Assembly: GCA_021789435.1 (NCBI GenBank)
Contig: JAJYJO010000005.1
Span: forward strand, 2,521 to 66,520
Length of the DNA: 64,000 nucleotides
Direction: 5' to 3'
Source: Chloroflexota bacterium
GTDB taxonomy: Bacteria; Chloroflexota; Limnocylindria; Limnocylindrales; CSP1-4
Position numbers and translations under genes: made by a program. The notes beneath the pieces were generated by a model. It was not told the origin of the DNA. It saw only the letters and a list, made by a program, of their open reading frames with translations, and searched no databases. The first letter of the stretch is position 1. Every line of letters begins with the position of its first letter. Of the stretch, positions 28,333-39,252 are shown piece after piece.

Positions 28333-29186
28333 CGGAGGGCTGCTTCCAGGGCCACCCGGGCGTCGGTTCCCGGCGTCCGGTCCTTGACGATCAGGGCGGT
28401 GATCGCGCCCAGGCCGTTGGCCTCGGCGAACGACCCGCCGAGCCGCCGGACGCCGGGCACGACCACCGCTCCCGGCGGGACGGCGAGCGGCTCCGCCGCC
28501 GTGCCGGCCAGCTCGCGCTCGCGAACGAGGTCGAAGAGGCGCGAGGTGCCGGTCAGGGTGACGCCGGCCCCGATCACCGCGCCCGCGCCGACGAGGACGC
28601 CCTCGAGCAGCGTGGCGGCCGCGCCGACGAAGGCGTCGTCCTCCACGATGACGGGCCGCGCCCCGGGCGGCTCCAGCACGCCCCCCAGCAGGACCCCGGC
28701 GGCCAGATGGACGCGCGCCCCGACCTGGGCGCAGGAGCCGACCAGGACATGCGAGTCGATCATCGCCTCCTCGCCGATCCAGGCCCCGACGTTGACGAAG
28801 GCGGGCGGCATGATGACGACGCCGGGCCCCAGGCGGACGCCGGCCCGAACGCTGGTGCCACCCGGCACCACCCGCCAGGGGCGGCCAGCCGTCACCTCGG
28901 CCGTGCCGGCCGGGTCGCCGAGCAGGTTTCGCGGCGGCAGGCCCACGCGGTCCCGGAACTGGAGAGCACCGCCCAGGTCCCAGTCACGCGTCCGGCGGTC
29001 GGCGAAACGGGCCAGGATCGCCGACTTGACCTCCGGATCCACGCGCCAGCCGCCCGCCGCCCCAGCGTCCGGCCAGGCGGCGCGGACCCGGCCGCACTCC
29101 AGGTCGGCCAGGAGGGTCACCGGGTCGATGGCGGGGCGGGTCCTCGCATCCCCTGCCTCCCCGGCCGGGTTCGTCCAGGCGGTCAT
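28329..29186 (-). CDS. dapD: Tetrahydrodipicolinate N-succinyltransferase (hexapeptide-repeat acyltransferase)
   Basis: ATG at 29186 overlaps the dapA stop. It has a left-handed beta-helix repeat region (VVIMPPAFVNVGAWIGEEAMIDSHVLVGSCAQVGARVHLAAGVLLGGVLEP...VIVEDDAFVGA) and sits between dapA and lysA. Confidence 0.7.
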   Translation of the reverse strand: MTAWTNPAGEAGDARTRPAIDPVTLLADLECGRVRAAWPDAGAAGGWRVDPEVKSAILARFADRRTRDWDLGGALQFRDRVGLPPRNLLGDPAGTAEVTAGRPWRVVPGGTSVRAGVRLGPGVVIMPPAFVNVGAWIGEEAMIDSHVLVGSCAQVGARVHLAAGVLLGGVLEPPGARPVIVEDDAFVGAAATLLEGVLVGAGAVIGAGVTLTGTSRLFDLVRERELAGTAAEPLAVPPGAVVVPGVRRLGGSFAEANGLGAITALIVKDRTPGTDARVALEAALR

Positions 29187-30265
29187 GCGGCCGCCCCACG
29201 GCGCGTCGTCGTGCGAGCCGTCGGGTGGGTGGAGGCCGGGTGGGTCGAAGCCGGCCTGGTCGAAGCCGCCGCCTCCACGGCCGGGCCGGCGGGCTCGGCG
29301 ATCGGTTGCGCCGCCAGCCGACCGCCACCCTCGAGCAGCCCCAGGCCCCGCAGCAGCTCGACCAGGCGCTCGCGATCGGCGGCGGCCAGCGGCAGCAGGG
29401 GCCGCCGGACCGCGTCGCTGCGGAGGACGCCCATCGCCTCCAGGGCCGCCTTGGCCGGGACCGGATTGGGCCCGCCACGGAAATTCGCCAGGAAGAGCGG
29501 CAGCCAGCGGGCATGGATCCGGCGGGCGGCGTCCCAGTCGCCGGCCGACACGGCAGTGCAGAGGGCGACCATCTCGCCGGGGATCTCGTTCGAGGCGACC
29601 GAGACGACGCCGTCGCCGCCCATGGCCATGACGGCCAGCGCCCAGGCGTCGTCCCCGGCCAGGACGGCCACGTCCCGCGGTCGGTCGCGGCAGATCGTGG
29701 AGATCTGCTCCATCGCGCCTGAGGCCTCCTTGACGCCGATCACGCGCGGGTGCTCGGCCAGGCGGAGGAGGACGTCGGCCGTGACGTTCGACCCGGTCCG
29801 GGACGGCACGTTGTAGACGACGATCGGCAGGTCGCCCTCGTCGGCCACCGCCCGAAAGTGCGCCTCGAGCATCCGGCCGTCCGGCCGGTTGTAGTAGGGC
29901 GCGACGACGAGCGCGGCGTCCGCGCCCAGCTCCCCCGCCCGGCGAGTGGCCGCGATCGTGGCGCTCGTGTCGTTGGTGCCGGTCCCCGCGACGACGGCGA
30001 TCCGGCTGCGCGACGGTCGCTCGGCCAGCGTCTCCACGGTCAGGGCGATCAAGCGGTCGCGCTCGGCGGGCGTCAGGGTCGGCGACTCGCCGGTGGTCCC
30101 GCAGGGGACCAGGCCGTCGATCCCGGCCAGGGCCTGCCAGCGGACGAGCTCGCGGAGGGCGTCCTCGTCGAGGGCACCCCCCGGGGTGAAGGGCGTGACG
30201 AGGGCGGTGAGCGCGCCCCTGAGGAGGGGTCGCGTCGGCGTGGCGGTGCGTTCGAGGCGGTTCAT
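29183..30265 (-). CDS. dapA: 4-hydroxy-tetrahydrodipicolinate synthase with about 55-aa low-complexity C-terminal tail
   Basis: ALVTPF, CGTTGESPTL, VVAPYYNRP, VVYNVPSRTG, VIGVKEASG. The tail contains (ASTxP)3 from a 15-nt repeat at 29223-29267. Confidence 0.85.
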   Translation of the reverse strand: MNRLERTATPTRPLLRGALTALVTPFTPGGALDEDALRELVRWQALAGIDGLVPCGTTGESPTLTPAERDRLIALTVETLAERPSRSRIAVVAGTGTNDTSATIAATRRAGELGADAALVVAPYYNRPDGRMLEAHFRAVADEGDLPIVVYNVPSRTGSNVTADVLLRLAEHPRVIGVKEASGAMEQISTICRDRPRDVAVLAGDDAWALAVMAMGGDGVVSVASNEIPGEMVALCTAVSAGDWDAARRIHARWLPLFLANFRGGPNPVPAKAALEAMGVLRSDAVRRPLLPLAAADRERLVELLRGLGLLEGGGRLAAQPIAEPAGPAVEAAASTRPASTHPASTHPTARTTTRRGAAA

Positions 30266-31092
30266 CGGGCGGCTCCTGGCGACTGGGTCCGGCCGCGGCG
30301 GCCGGGACGGGCGGCGGGCAAGACGGCCGGCGGTCCGTCGCGGCGGGCGACGACCGCCCGCCGTTTCGAGGGATCGCCCACCCCACCGCAGAGCAGCTCG
30401 TCGACGACTTCCTCGAAAGAATGGAGGCCGGCGGCGCGCTCCGACCGAGCGAGCCAGTCGGCGGCGAGCAGGGCGCCGGCCGCGTAGGCCGAGCGGTCGC
30501 GGGCCGTCAGGCGCAGCTCGAGCGTCTCGCCCGGGGCGTCGAAGGCGACCAGGTGCATCCCCGGCGACGAGCCGGCGCGGATCGAGACGACCTCCAGTCC
30601 CGCCCCCCCGCCGGGCGAGCGGGTGGGCGCGAGCCGGCGGGCGATCTCGCGAGCGGTCCCCGAGGGCCGGTCGGCCTTGCCCCGCCGGTGCCACTCGAGC
30701 AGGTACGGCTCGAAACCGCCCAGCGCGGCCAGCGCCTCGTCGGCCGACTCGACGAGGCGGAGGAAGACGGCGACGCCGGGGCTCAGGTTGGGGGCGGCGA
30801 CGGCGGCGGCGCCGTGCTCTCGAAGGCTAGCCTCCACCGCCGCCCGGTCGGCGTCCCAGGCCGTCGTCCCGATGACGAACCGGCGGCAGCCTCCGGCCAG
30901 CGCCACTTCGACGTTCGGCAGGACGGACGCGGCGCGCGAGGCCTCGAACGCGAGCCGGGCGCCGGCCACGTCGGCGGCGGCGTGGCGCCCGTCCGCGGGG
31001 CGCCCGAGGACCCGCGGGCTGTCACCGGCCGCGACCAGGGCGCCGGCGATCGCCCGACCCAGGTTGCCGTCCCCGAAGACGATCGTGTCCAT
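30262..31092 (-). CDS. dapB: 4-hydroxy-tetrahydrodipicolinate reductase with C-terminal Arg/Pro-rich tail
   Basis: N-terminal Rossmann GDGNLGRAI, GTTAW, APNLSPGV, EWHRRGKADRPSGTA (compare E(A)HHxxKxDAPSGTA). Its stop overlaps the dapA ATG. Confidence 0.7.
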   Translation of the reverse strand: MDTIVFGDGNLGRAIAGALVAAGDSPRVLGRPADGRHAAADVAGARLAFEASRAASVLPNVEVALAGGCRRFVIGTTAWDADRAAVEASLREHGAAAVAAPNLSPGVAVFLRLVESADEALAALGGFEPYLLEWHRRGKADRPSGTAREIARRLAPTRSPGGGAGLEVVSIRAGSSPGMHLVAFDAPGETLELRLTARDRSAYAAGALLAADWLARSERAAGLHSFEEVVDELLCGGVGDPSKRRAVVARRDGPPAVLPAARPGRRGRTQSPGAAR

Positions 31093-31124
31093 CGCTGGTC
31101 CTCTCGTTCACCCGCCCCGGGTCC

Positions 31125-31192
31125 GGAGGCTCCTTCCGAAGAACACGAAGGCCGCGGCACCATCCTCGGTGTCCGCGGCCCCTGGAGCCTCC
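31125..31192 (-). promoter_or_regulatory. Nested stem-loop in the dapB 5' leader (9-bp outer + 8-bp inner perfect stems)
   Basis: mRNA sense: GGAGGCUCC-agg-GGCCGCGG-15 nt loop containing CCGAGGA-CCGCGGCC-16 nt-GGAGCCUCC, ending 33 nt before the ATG. Confidence 0.35.
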
Positions 31193-31509
31193 GCGCCCGG
31201 AAGCTCCGTTCGGTCGTCGCTGTTGCGCGCCGTCAGAGCCCCGGCGCCCGTGCCTCCCGGCAGGGCCGCCAGAGCTTCTGCTTCGCCTCGCTCGTGACGA
31301 TGCGGCGCGTCATGGCGCGGAAGTCTGCCACGAAAGGTCCACGGCCGCAACCGCGGCGCGGAATCTCCCCAGGCAGGGCCGTCGCGAGCAGCTGCCGTGC
31401 CGCGGCGCTTACGGAGCGCTTACCTCCGCCGCCTTGACCGCGAACCCCGCCCGGCCATCGTCCCTTCCGCCACGGCCCCGGCCCGGGGCTGACGACAAGG
31501 AGAACCACG

Positions 31510-31851
31510 GTGTTCATCCCCGTCCCGGGGGCGGCTCGCCTGGTCCCCGCCTTCCTGCTGGCGACGGCCCTCGCCGCCGGCTGCGGAAGTCGGGCGGGAG
31601 TGGTCGCGACGAACCCCCGGCCGGCGGCGATTTCGTCCGCCGCGGATTCGGCCGCGGCCCCCGGCGCCACGCCGTCCGCGGGCACGGCGGCCACGGCCTC
31701 ATCGACCAGGAGTTCGGCGACAGCCGGCCCGGGCCCGGCCAGGACGCCCGACCCCGATGCGGCGCTGCTCCGGCAGATCGACAGCGCGCTCGGCTCGGCC
31801 GACCAGGCGATCAGCGACGCGACGAACGACCTCAACACGAAGGGAGAATGA
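31510..31851 (+). CDS. Small lipoprotein (113 aa), Ala/Ser/Thr-rich
   Basis: GTG start after AAGGAGAA. Signal peptide with lipobox LAAGC. Confidence 0.6.
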   Translation: MFIPVPGAARLVPAFLLATALAAGCGSRAGVVATNPRPAAISSAADSAAAPGATPSAGTAATASSTRSSATAGPGPARTPDPDAALLRQIDSALGSADQAISDATNDLNTKGE

Positions 31852-31852
31852 C

Positions 31853-32635
31853 GTGCAGCTCACCGTCCGACGTGCCGCCGCGGGCCTCCTGGCCAGCGGT
31901 CTCCTCGTCCTCACCTCGGCCGGCTCGGCCTTTGCCGCCTCGCCGGCCCCGTCCAAGACGGCCCCCAGCGCACCACCGCTCGCCCAGAGCACCGCCTGCG
32001 CCGGCCTGCGCCAGGCCGCCAGGGCCGATCCGACTGTCGGCAACCTGAAGGCACTCGGCGACTGCGAGATCAACCGGCGCTTCACCACCCTCGACACGCT
32101 CGCCGCCCGCGTCCAGTCGGCGACCGTCCTGACGGCGGGCGCCCGGACCGCCCTGGCCGCCGAGATCTCCGGCACGCAGAGCGGCCTGACCGCCCTGAAG
32201 GGCACCATCGACGCCGACACGACCGTCGCCCAGCTGCGGATCGACCTGCCGAAGATCGCCACCCAGTACCGGGTCTACCTTCTCGTGGCACCACAGGTCA
32301 ACCTGGTGATCGGCGCCGATGCCGAGACCGTCGCCATCGGCAAGTTCCAGACGCTGGCCGCGAACCTGGCCGGCCGGATCGCCGAGGCCAAGGCGAACGG
32401 GCGGGACGTGACCGCTGCCCAGGCCGACCTCGATGCCATGGACCAGAACGTGGCCACGGCGCAGACGCAGGTCGGTCCGCTCGTGGCAGGGCTCCTGCCG
32501 CTGACGCCAGCCCAGTGGAACGCCGGGACGGCCGGGCCGGTCCTGCGGGCCGCCCGCTCGACCGAGGCATCGGCCCGCGACCTGCTGCGGGCCGCCCGGG
32601 ACGATGCCGCGGCCTGCGTCGCCGCCCTGCGCTGA
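31853..32635 (+). CDS. Secreted alpha-helical protein of unknown function
   Basis: GTG at 31853 after AAGGGAGAA, 1 nt after the previous stop. Signal peptide LLVLTSAGSAFAASP. Long Ala/Leu/Thr helical repeats and three Cys. Confidence 0.55.
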   Translation: MQLTVRRAAAGLLASGLLVLTSAGSAFAASPAPSKTAPSAPPLAQSTACAGLRQAARADPTVGNLKALGDCEINRRFTTLDTLAARVQSATVLTAGARTALAAEISGTQSGLTALKGTIDADTTVAQLRIDLPKIATQYRVYLLVAPQVNLVIGADAETVAIGKFQTLAANLAGRIAEAKANGRDVTAAQADLDAMDQNVATAQTQVGPLVAGLLPLTPAQWNAGTAGPVLRAARSTEASARDLLRAARDDAAACVAALR

Positions 32636-32760
32636 CCTCTCCCGGCCCGCGCCCCAGCCCTCGTCCAGCGGACGAGGGCTGGGGCGCATCCGGCGTCCCC
32701 CGCGCTCCAGCCGGCCGCGTCCGCCGCACCGGCTCTCGACGGAGGGGCGAGAATCGGACC

Positions 32761-33855
32761 ATGACCGTCCAGGTCGAACCGTCGGCCGCTCCCACCCGCT
32801 TCTGGCACGCCCTGCCCGACGGCCGGATCCAGTGCGACGTCTGCCCCCGGGAGTGCCGCCTGCACGAGGGTCAGCGCGGTCTCTGCTTCGTCCGCGCGCG
32901 CCAGGGCGATTCGATCGTCCTGACCACCTACGGGCGATCATCCGGCTTTTGCGTGGATCCGATCGAGAAGAAGCCGCTCGATCACTTCCTGCCCGGGAGC
33001 GCGGTCCTCTCCTTCGGCACCGCCGGCTGCAACCTGGCCTGCCGCTTCTGCCAGAACTGGGACATCTCGAAGTCGCGCGAGATCGACACGCTGGCCGATG
33101 CCGCGTCGCCGGCCACCATCGCGGCGACCGCCCGGCGGCTCGGCTGCCGCAGCGTCGCCTTCACCTACAACGATCCGGTCGTCTTCCTCGAGTACGCCGC
33201 GGACGTGGCCGACGCCTGCCACGAGGCGGGCCTGCGGGCAGTGGCCGTGACCGCCGGTTACATCAACCCCGAGCCGCGGGTCGAGTTCTACCGCCACATC
33301 GACGCGGCCAACGTGGACCTGAAGGGTTTCACGAACGGCTTCTACGAGGAGCTCTGCGCCGGCCGCCTCGCGCCGGTCCTTGACACCCTCCGCTACCTGC
33401 GGCAGGAGACGAAGGTCTGGCTGGAGATCGCGACCCTGCTGATCCCGGGCCGCAACGACTCGGACGAGGAGATCGACGCCGAGACGCGCTGGATCGCCGA
33501 GGCGCTGGGGCCGGACGTGCCGCTCCACTTCACGGCCTTCCACCCCGATTATCGGTTGCTTGACGTGCCGCCCACGCCCGGCGCGACCCTCCGCCGCGCC
33601 CGCCGCATCGCCCTCGCCAACGGCCTCCGCTACGTCTACACCGGCAACGTCTCCGACCGTGACGGTCAGAGCACCCGCTGCCACGGCTGCGGGGCGCTGG
33701 TCATCGAGCGGGACTGGTACGACCTGGGGGCCTACCGCCTGACCGACGACGGCCACTGCCGGGCCTGCGGAACGCGGATCCCGGGCGTCTTCGAGGGGCC
33801 GCCCGGCGACTGGGGTCGGCGGCGCCTGCCGGTCCGCCTCGCCGGAGGGACCTGA
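32761..33855 (+). CDS. AmmeMemoRadiSam-system-type radical SAM enzyme (PflA-like activase fold)
   Basis: RIQCDVCPRECRL..GQRGLCFVR, IEKKPLDHF, GTAGCNLACRFCQNWDIS (CxxxCxxC), FTAFHPDYRL, C-terminal CHGCG...CRACG. Confidence 0.75.
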   Translation: MTVQVEPSAAPTRFWHALPDGRIQCDVCPRECRLHEGQRGLCFVRARQGDSIVLTTYGRSSGFCVDPIEKKPLDHFLPGSAVLSFGTAGCNLACRFCQNWDISKSREIDTLADAASPATIAATARRLGCRSVAFTYNDPVVFLEYAADVADACHEAGLRAVAVTAGYINPEPRVEFYRHIDAANVDLKGFTNGFYEELCAGRLAPVLDTLRYLRQETKVWLEIATLLIPGRNDSDEEIDAETRWIAEALGPDVPLHFTAFHPDYRLLDVPPTPGATLRRARRIALANGLRYVYTGNVSDRDGQSTRCHGCGALVIERDWYDLGAYRLTDDGHCRACGTRIPGVFEGPPGDWGRRRLPVRLAGGT

Positions 33856-33969
33856 CTCGCGTGCCCGGGGCGCCCGCTCCGGCGCGACCGGCCCGACCGC
33901 CTGGGCTGTCCGGGGCGGCCCGCCAGGTCGGCCGTGGTGTTCCGCCCGACCGCCTGGACTGTCGGGGGC

Positions 33970-34626
33970 CTAGCCTTCGCGCGGCCGGGCGAGCGTCGCC
34001 GCCAGGTCGTCCAGCTCGGCCACCACGGCGACCCGCGCCGGCAGGCTGCGGGCCTCCGTCTGGACGACCAGCCGCACGAAGGCCGTCACGAGGATCGCCG
34101 CCTCGCACATGACCGCCGCGAGCAGGAACCCTCCGGCCTGCGGCGCGATGGCCACCGCCAGGTTGAGGAGGGGCACTCCGGCCACGGCCGCGGCCACCAG
34201 CATCAGGATCGTGACCGCCGTCAGGGCCAGCCCGCCCAGCACGTGCAGGACACGTTGCACCTCGGCCAGGACTTCCGCCCGAACCGGCTCGGGCAGCCGG
34301 CCCATCGCCCGGTGGGCGGCGCGGCGGGTCTCGCCCGCCTGGCGGACCACCTCCTCGACCGTCCGGTTGACTTGGAGGCCGCGGGTCGTGAAGCGGGCGG
34401 CCCCGACCGCGGCGGCGAGCAGGATCAGGCAGGCGGCGTCGGCCAGCCGTCCCACCTCGAGCCCGGCCCGGTTCAGGACGAGCGCCGCCACGCCGAGCCC
34501 GAAGACGGCGGTGGCGAAGACCATCGGCCGCGACCAGACGTCAAGAAAGGAGCTCTCGACACCGCGGACGCGGGTCCGCCAGCGGTCGTAACGCTCCCCG
34601 AACTGGTTCGGAAGAAGAACGTGCAT
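33970..34626 (-). CDS. Hypothetical membrane protein (about 4 TM)
   Basis: ATG at 34626 (MHVLLPNQFGERYDRW). Hydrophobic segments and good GC3. No family recognised. Confidence 0.5.
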   Translation of the reverse strand: MHVLLPNQFGERYDRWRTRVRGVESSFLDVWSRPMVFATAVFGLGVAALVLNRAGLEVGRLADAACLILLAAAVGAARFTTRGLQVNRTVEEVVRQAGETRRAAHRAMGRLPEPVRAEVLAEVQRVLHVLGGLALTAVTILMLVAAAVAGVPLLNLAVAIAPQAGGFLLAAVMCEAAILVTAFVRLVVQTEARSLPARVAVVAELDDLAATLARPREG

Positions 34627-34867
34627 TGGCGTCACCCGACTCGTCTGAAGCCCGGCCGTCCGGGCGCAGGAACGCTGGCTCCCGTCCTGGCCGGGGAGTG
34701 TGACTCTCCGCCCCGCGACGCGGATCGTCAACGACCCCCGCCTCCTGTTCCACCCTTCGACCCGCCGACCGGATCGGATCGCGCGACCCCGGCACCGCCG
34801 GCCGCGCGACTCCCGGAAACCTCGGCGCGACCGGCCGGCGGCGTCACGGGCGCGGCTCCGGCGACCC

Positions 34868-36292
34868 TCAGACGAGCCGCGCGAACAGCTCGTTGGAGAG
34901 GAGCCGACCCCGCACGCTCAGCCGCAGCCGGTCACTCTCGCCGGCAGCGAGCCGCTCGAGGAGACCGTTCGCCATCGCCCAACCGATCGCGGCCGCGAAG
35001 CGCGGTCGCTCACCAAGCGCTGCCGGCACGCCCCGGTCGAGCCGGAGGCCCAGGACGATCGACTCGACCTCAGCCTGGGCCGGGTCCGGGGTCTCCGCCC
35101 CGCCCGGGGGCAAATGGGGCGGGCCGCTCCGCGGCCGGAGCGCCGCCAGGTAGGCGTCCAGGCGAGCTGCATTCCAGCGCCTGGTCCGGCCGTCGAAGGC
35201 GTGGGCCCCCGGGCCGAGCGCCTCGTATGGGCGGCGCTCCCAGTAGGCCAGGTTGTGGCGACTCTCGTGCCCGGCGCGGGCCCAGTTGGAGAGCTCGTAG
35301 CCACGCCAGCCGGCGGCGGCGAGTCGTTCCGTCGCGAGCTCGTAGGCGGCCGCCGCACGGTCCTCATCCTGGTCGGCCCTGGCTCGCTCGCGCCAGCGCC
35401 GGGCGCCCGGCCGCGTCGCCAGGTGATCGCCGAGCGGACCCGCCAGCCCCTCGGCCTCCGGGTCGTCGAGAGTGAGCGCGTAGAGCGAGAGGTGGTCGGG
35501 CGCCAGGGCCAGCGCGGCGTCGAGGCTCGCGCCCCAGCGCTCCTGGTCCTGGCCTGGCAGGTCGTAGAGGAGGTCGAGGTTCAGCGAGGTGATGCCGGCC
35601 CGGCGCGCCGCGGCGACGGCGTCCGCCACGTCGTCGGGGGCGTGGCGACGACCCAGGCGCCGCAGCTCGGCGTCGGCGAAGCTCTGCGCCCCGAACGACA
35701 CGCGCGTGACGCCGGCGGCCCGGAAGCCGGCCAGGTCACCGCGCTCGTCGGGCCCGGGGTTTGCCTCGATGGTCACCTCGGCGTGGGGGGCCAGGCCGAA
35801 GCGAGCCACGACCCGCTCCAACAGCCGCTCCACCGCCCCGGCGCCCAGCAGGGACGGCGTGCCGCCGCCGAGGTAGAGGGAGGCGAGCGCGGGGCGGGCC
35901 GATGTGGCGGGCGCGCCGAAGGCCATGTCCAGCCCGTCCGCGCGCAGCTCCAGCTCGGCCAGCACCGCGTCGAGGAACGGCTCGACGAGCGATCGCGGGC
36001 CGCGAGCGGCGCTCCCGGCATAGACCACGAAGTCGCAGTAGGGGCAGACCGAGACGCAGAAGGGGACATGGAGGTAGAGCGCCACCGGCGGCCGCCGCTC
36101 GGCGGGGGGTTCAGCCGCGGGCGCGGCGTCCGCGGGGGCAGCGGGGGCGGGGGCTGGGGCGGGCGCGGGCGCGGGCGACGTCTCCGCCGGCGCGGCCTCC
36201 GCGGGGGCGATGTCCACGGTCGACTCGGCGGGCGCGGCCTCCGCCGGCGCGCTCGCTCCCGTACCGTCGCCGACGGCGGGAACCTTCGCCAT
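34868..36292 (-). CDS. hemW: Radical SAM heme chaperone HemW (HemN-like) with about 75-aa Ala/Pro-rich N-terminal extension
   Basis: LYLHVPFCVSVCPYCDF, GGGTPS and the HemN C-domain. ATG at 36292 after GGCGGAGA. It lies downstream of lepA, as in many bacteria. Confidence 0.8.
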   Translation of the reverse strand: MAKVPAVGDGTGASAPAEAAPAESTVDIAPAEAAPAETSPAPAPAPAPAPAAPADAAPAAEPPAERRPPVALYLHVPFCVSVCPYCDFVVYAGSAARGPRSLVEPFLDAVLAELELRADGLDMAFGAPATSARPALASLYLGGGTPSLLGAGAVERLLERVVARFGLAPHAEVTIEANPGPDERGDLAGFRAAGVTRVSFGAQSFADAELRRLGRRHAPDDVADAVAAARRAGITSLNLDLLYDLPGQDQERWGASLDAALALAPDHLSLYALTLDDPEAEGLAGPLGDHLATRPGARRWRERARADQDEDRAAAAYELATERLAAAGWRGYELSNWARAGHESRHNLAYWERRPYEALGPGAHAFDGRTRRWNAARLDAYLAALRPRSGPPHLPPGGAETPDPAQAEVESIVLGLRLDRGVPAALGERPRFAAAIGWAMANGLLERLAAGESDRLRLSVRGRLLSNELFARLV

Positions 36293-36306
36293 GGCCGATC
36301 TCCGCC

Positions 36307-37059
36307 TCAGCGCCTCCGGCGCGCGCCGTCCGGGACGACCTGCCAGCCCTCGGGCGGACGGTGAACCCGCTCGACGTCCTCGCTCTCGTGGCCCGGCAGG
36401 GCCACCCGGCCCGGGTGGCCGGTGGTCAGGAAGGTCGCGAAGCGGGTGATCGAGTGGCCCACGAAGGCCGCGCCGATGCCGCCGGTCGCCAGCGTCAGCC
36501 AGCCACCGGCCAGGCCGATCAGCAGCACCAGGACCAGCATGTAGCGATCGCGGCCCGGGGCACCGAGGCGCGTCGCCAGCGCGTAGAGCAGGGCCTGGAT
36601 GACGTTGGCCGTCGACCCGTCCACGCCTGCCAGCAGTACGAAGCCCATCAGGACGCCGCGGAAGGCCGCCTCGTCGATGAGGGCCGTGCCCAGCGCGTTG
36701 ACCACCGCCCCGGCATAGAGCTTCGGCTCCGGCAGCCGGAGGCGCCGGTAGCGCAGCCAGGCGAAGGCGACCGCCTGGGCCGTCCCGACCGCTCCGAAGC
36801 CGAGACCGAAGAGGATCGCCTCCAGCCGATCGCCGGTCGTGAGGTGGAGGTCGCTCCGGGGCGCCGGGTAGGCCACGAAGATGACGAAGAGGAGGATGAG
36901 CCCGAGCGCGTACCAGCTCAGCCGCCGCCGGAGGGCCGGCAGGTGGCCCGCCGTCGCCTCGTCGTACTCGGCCGCTCCGAAGCGCTCCGCCTCAAGGCGG
37001 AGCATCACCAGGAGCAGGGCGATGCCGAGGGCGACCATGGCCCGGAGGGTCGATTCCAC
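36307..37059 (-). CDS. CPBP-family (CAAX) intramembrane metalloprotease
   Basis: Multi-TM. TALIDEAAFRGVLMG (EExxxR-type motif) and FVGHSITRF (His motif). Confidence 0.65.
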   Translation of the reverse strand: MESTLRAMVALGIALLLVMLRLEAERFGAAEYDEATAGHLPALRRRLSWYALGLILLFVIFVAYPAPRSDLHLTTGDRLEAILFGLGFGAVGTAQAVAFAWLRYRRLRLPEPKLYAGAVVNALGTALIDEAAFRGVLMGFVLLAGVDGSTANVIQALLYALATRLGAPGRDRYMLVLVLLIGLAGGWLTLATGGIGAAFVGHSITRFATFLTTGHPGRVALPGHESEDVERVHRPPEGWQVVPDGARRRR

Positions 37060-37062
37060 CGC

Positions 37063-38874
<1,812 letters not shown>

Positions 38875-38982
38875 GGGGCAGCAGTGTACCGGGAGGGCGC
38901 CACCCTGCCGGCCGGAATCCGCGTCCGGCGCGTCAGGATGGGATCGGTCGGCGCCGGCGGCTGCGCCCCGTGACGTACCTGG

Positions 38983-39252
38983 TCAGGAGAACGACCGGGA
39001 GGCCGAGGACGAGGCCCCGAGCAGGGACTCGTCGCGTGCCAGACCGTCGACAATGGGCTGGATCTCCTCTCCAGTGAGGCTCCCCCAGACGACCTCGCTC
39101 GCGAACAGGCCACCGCTGAACCGGGCAGTCCCGCCGATGAGCCACAACCGGCGGGTCGCCGAGCTCCGGAAGATGGCCTGGGCGATCTTGCCGAAGGCCA
39201 GGGAGATGCCGACCAGAAGGGCCGGGCCCTCGAGTCCGAGATCGAATTGCAC
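38983..39252 (-). CDS. Small hypothetical protein (89 aa from the GTG; could extend to the ATG at 39330), possibly a remnant truncated by the adjacent IS
   Basis: Clear GC3 bias over 38983-39252 (VQFDLGLEGPALLVGISLAFGKIAQAIF...). The frame stays open into the IS left end. Confidence 0.35.
   Translation of the reverse strand: MQFDLGLEGPALLVGISLAFGKIAQAIFRSSATRRLWLIGGTARFSGGLFASEVVWGSLTGEEIQPIVDGLARDESLLGASSSASRSFS

Noticed and set aside
31093-31330. Lysine (L-box) riboswitch upstream of dapB.
   Set aside because: Only a CCGAGGA-like element and strong helices are present. The conserved GAGGCGC, GAGUA, ACUGUCA and GGAGAGC elements are not found by eye. It is kept only as an unexplained structured leader.
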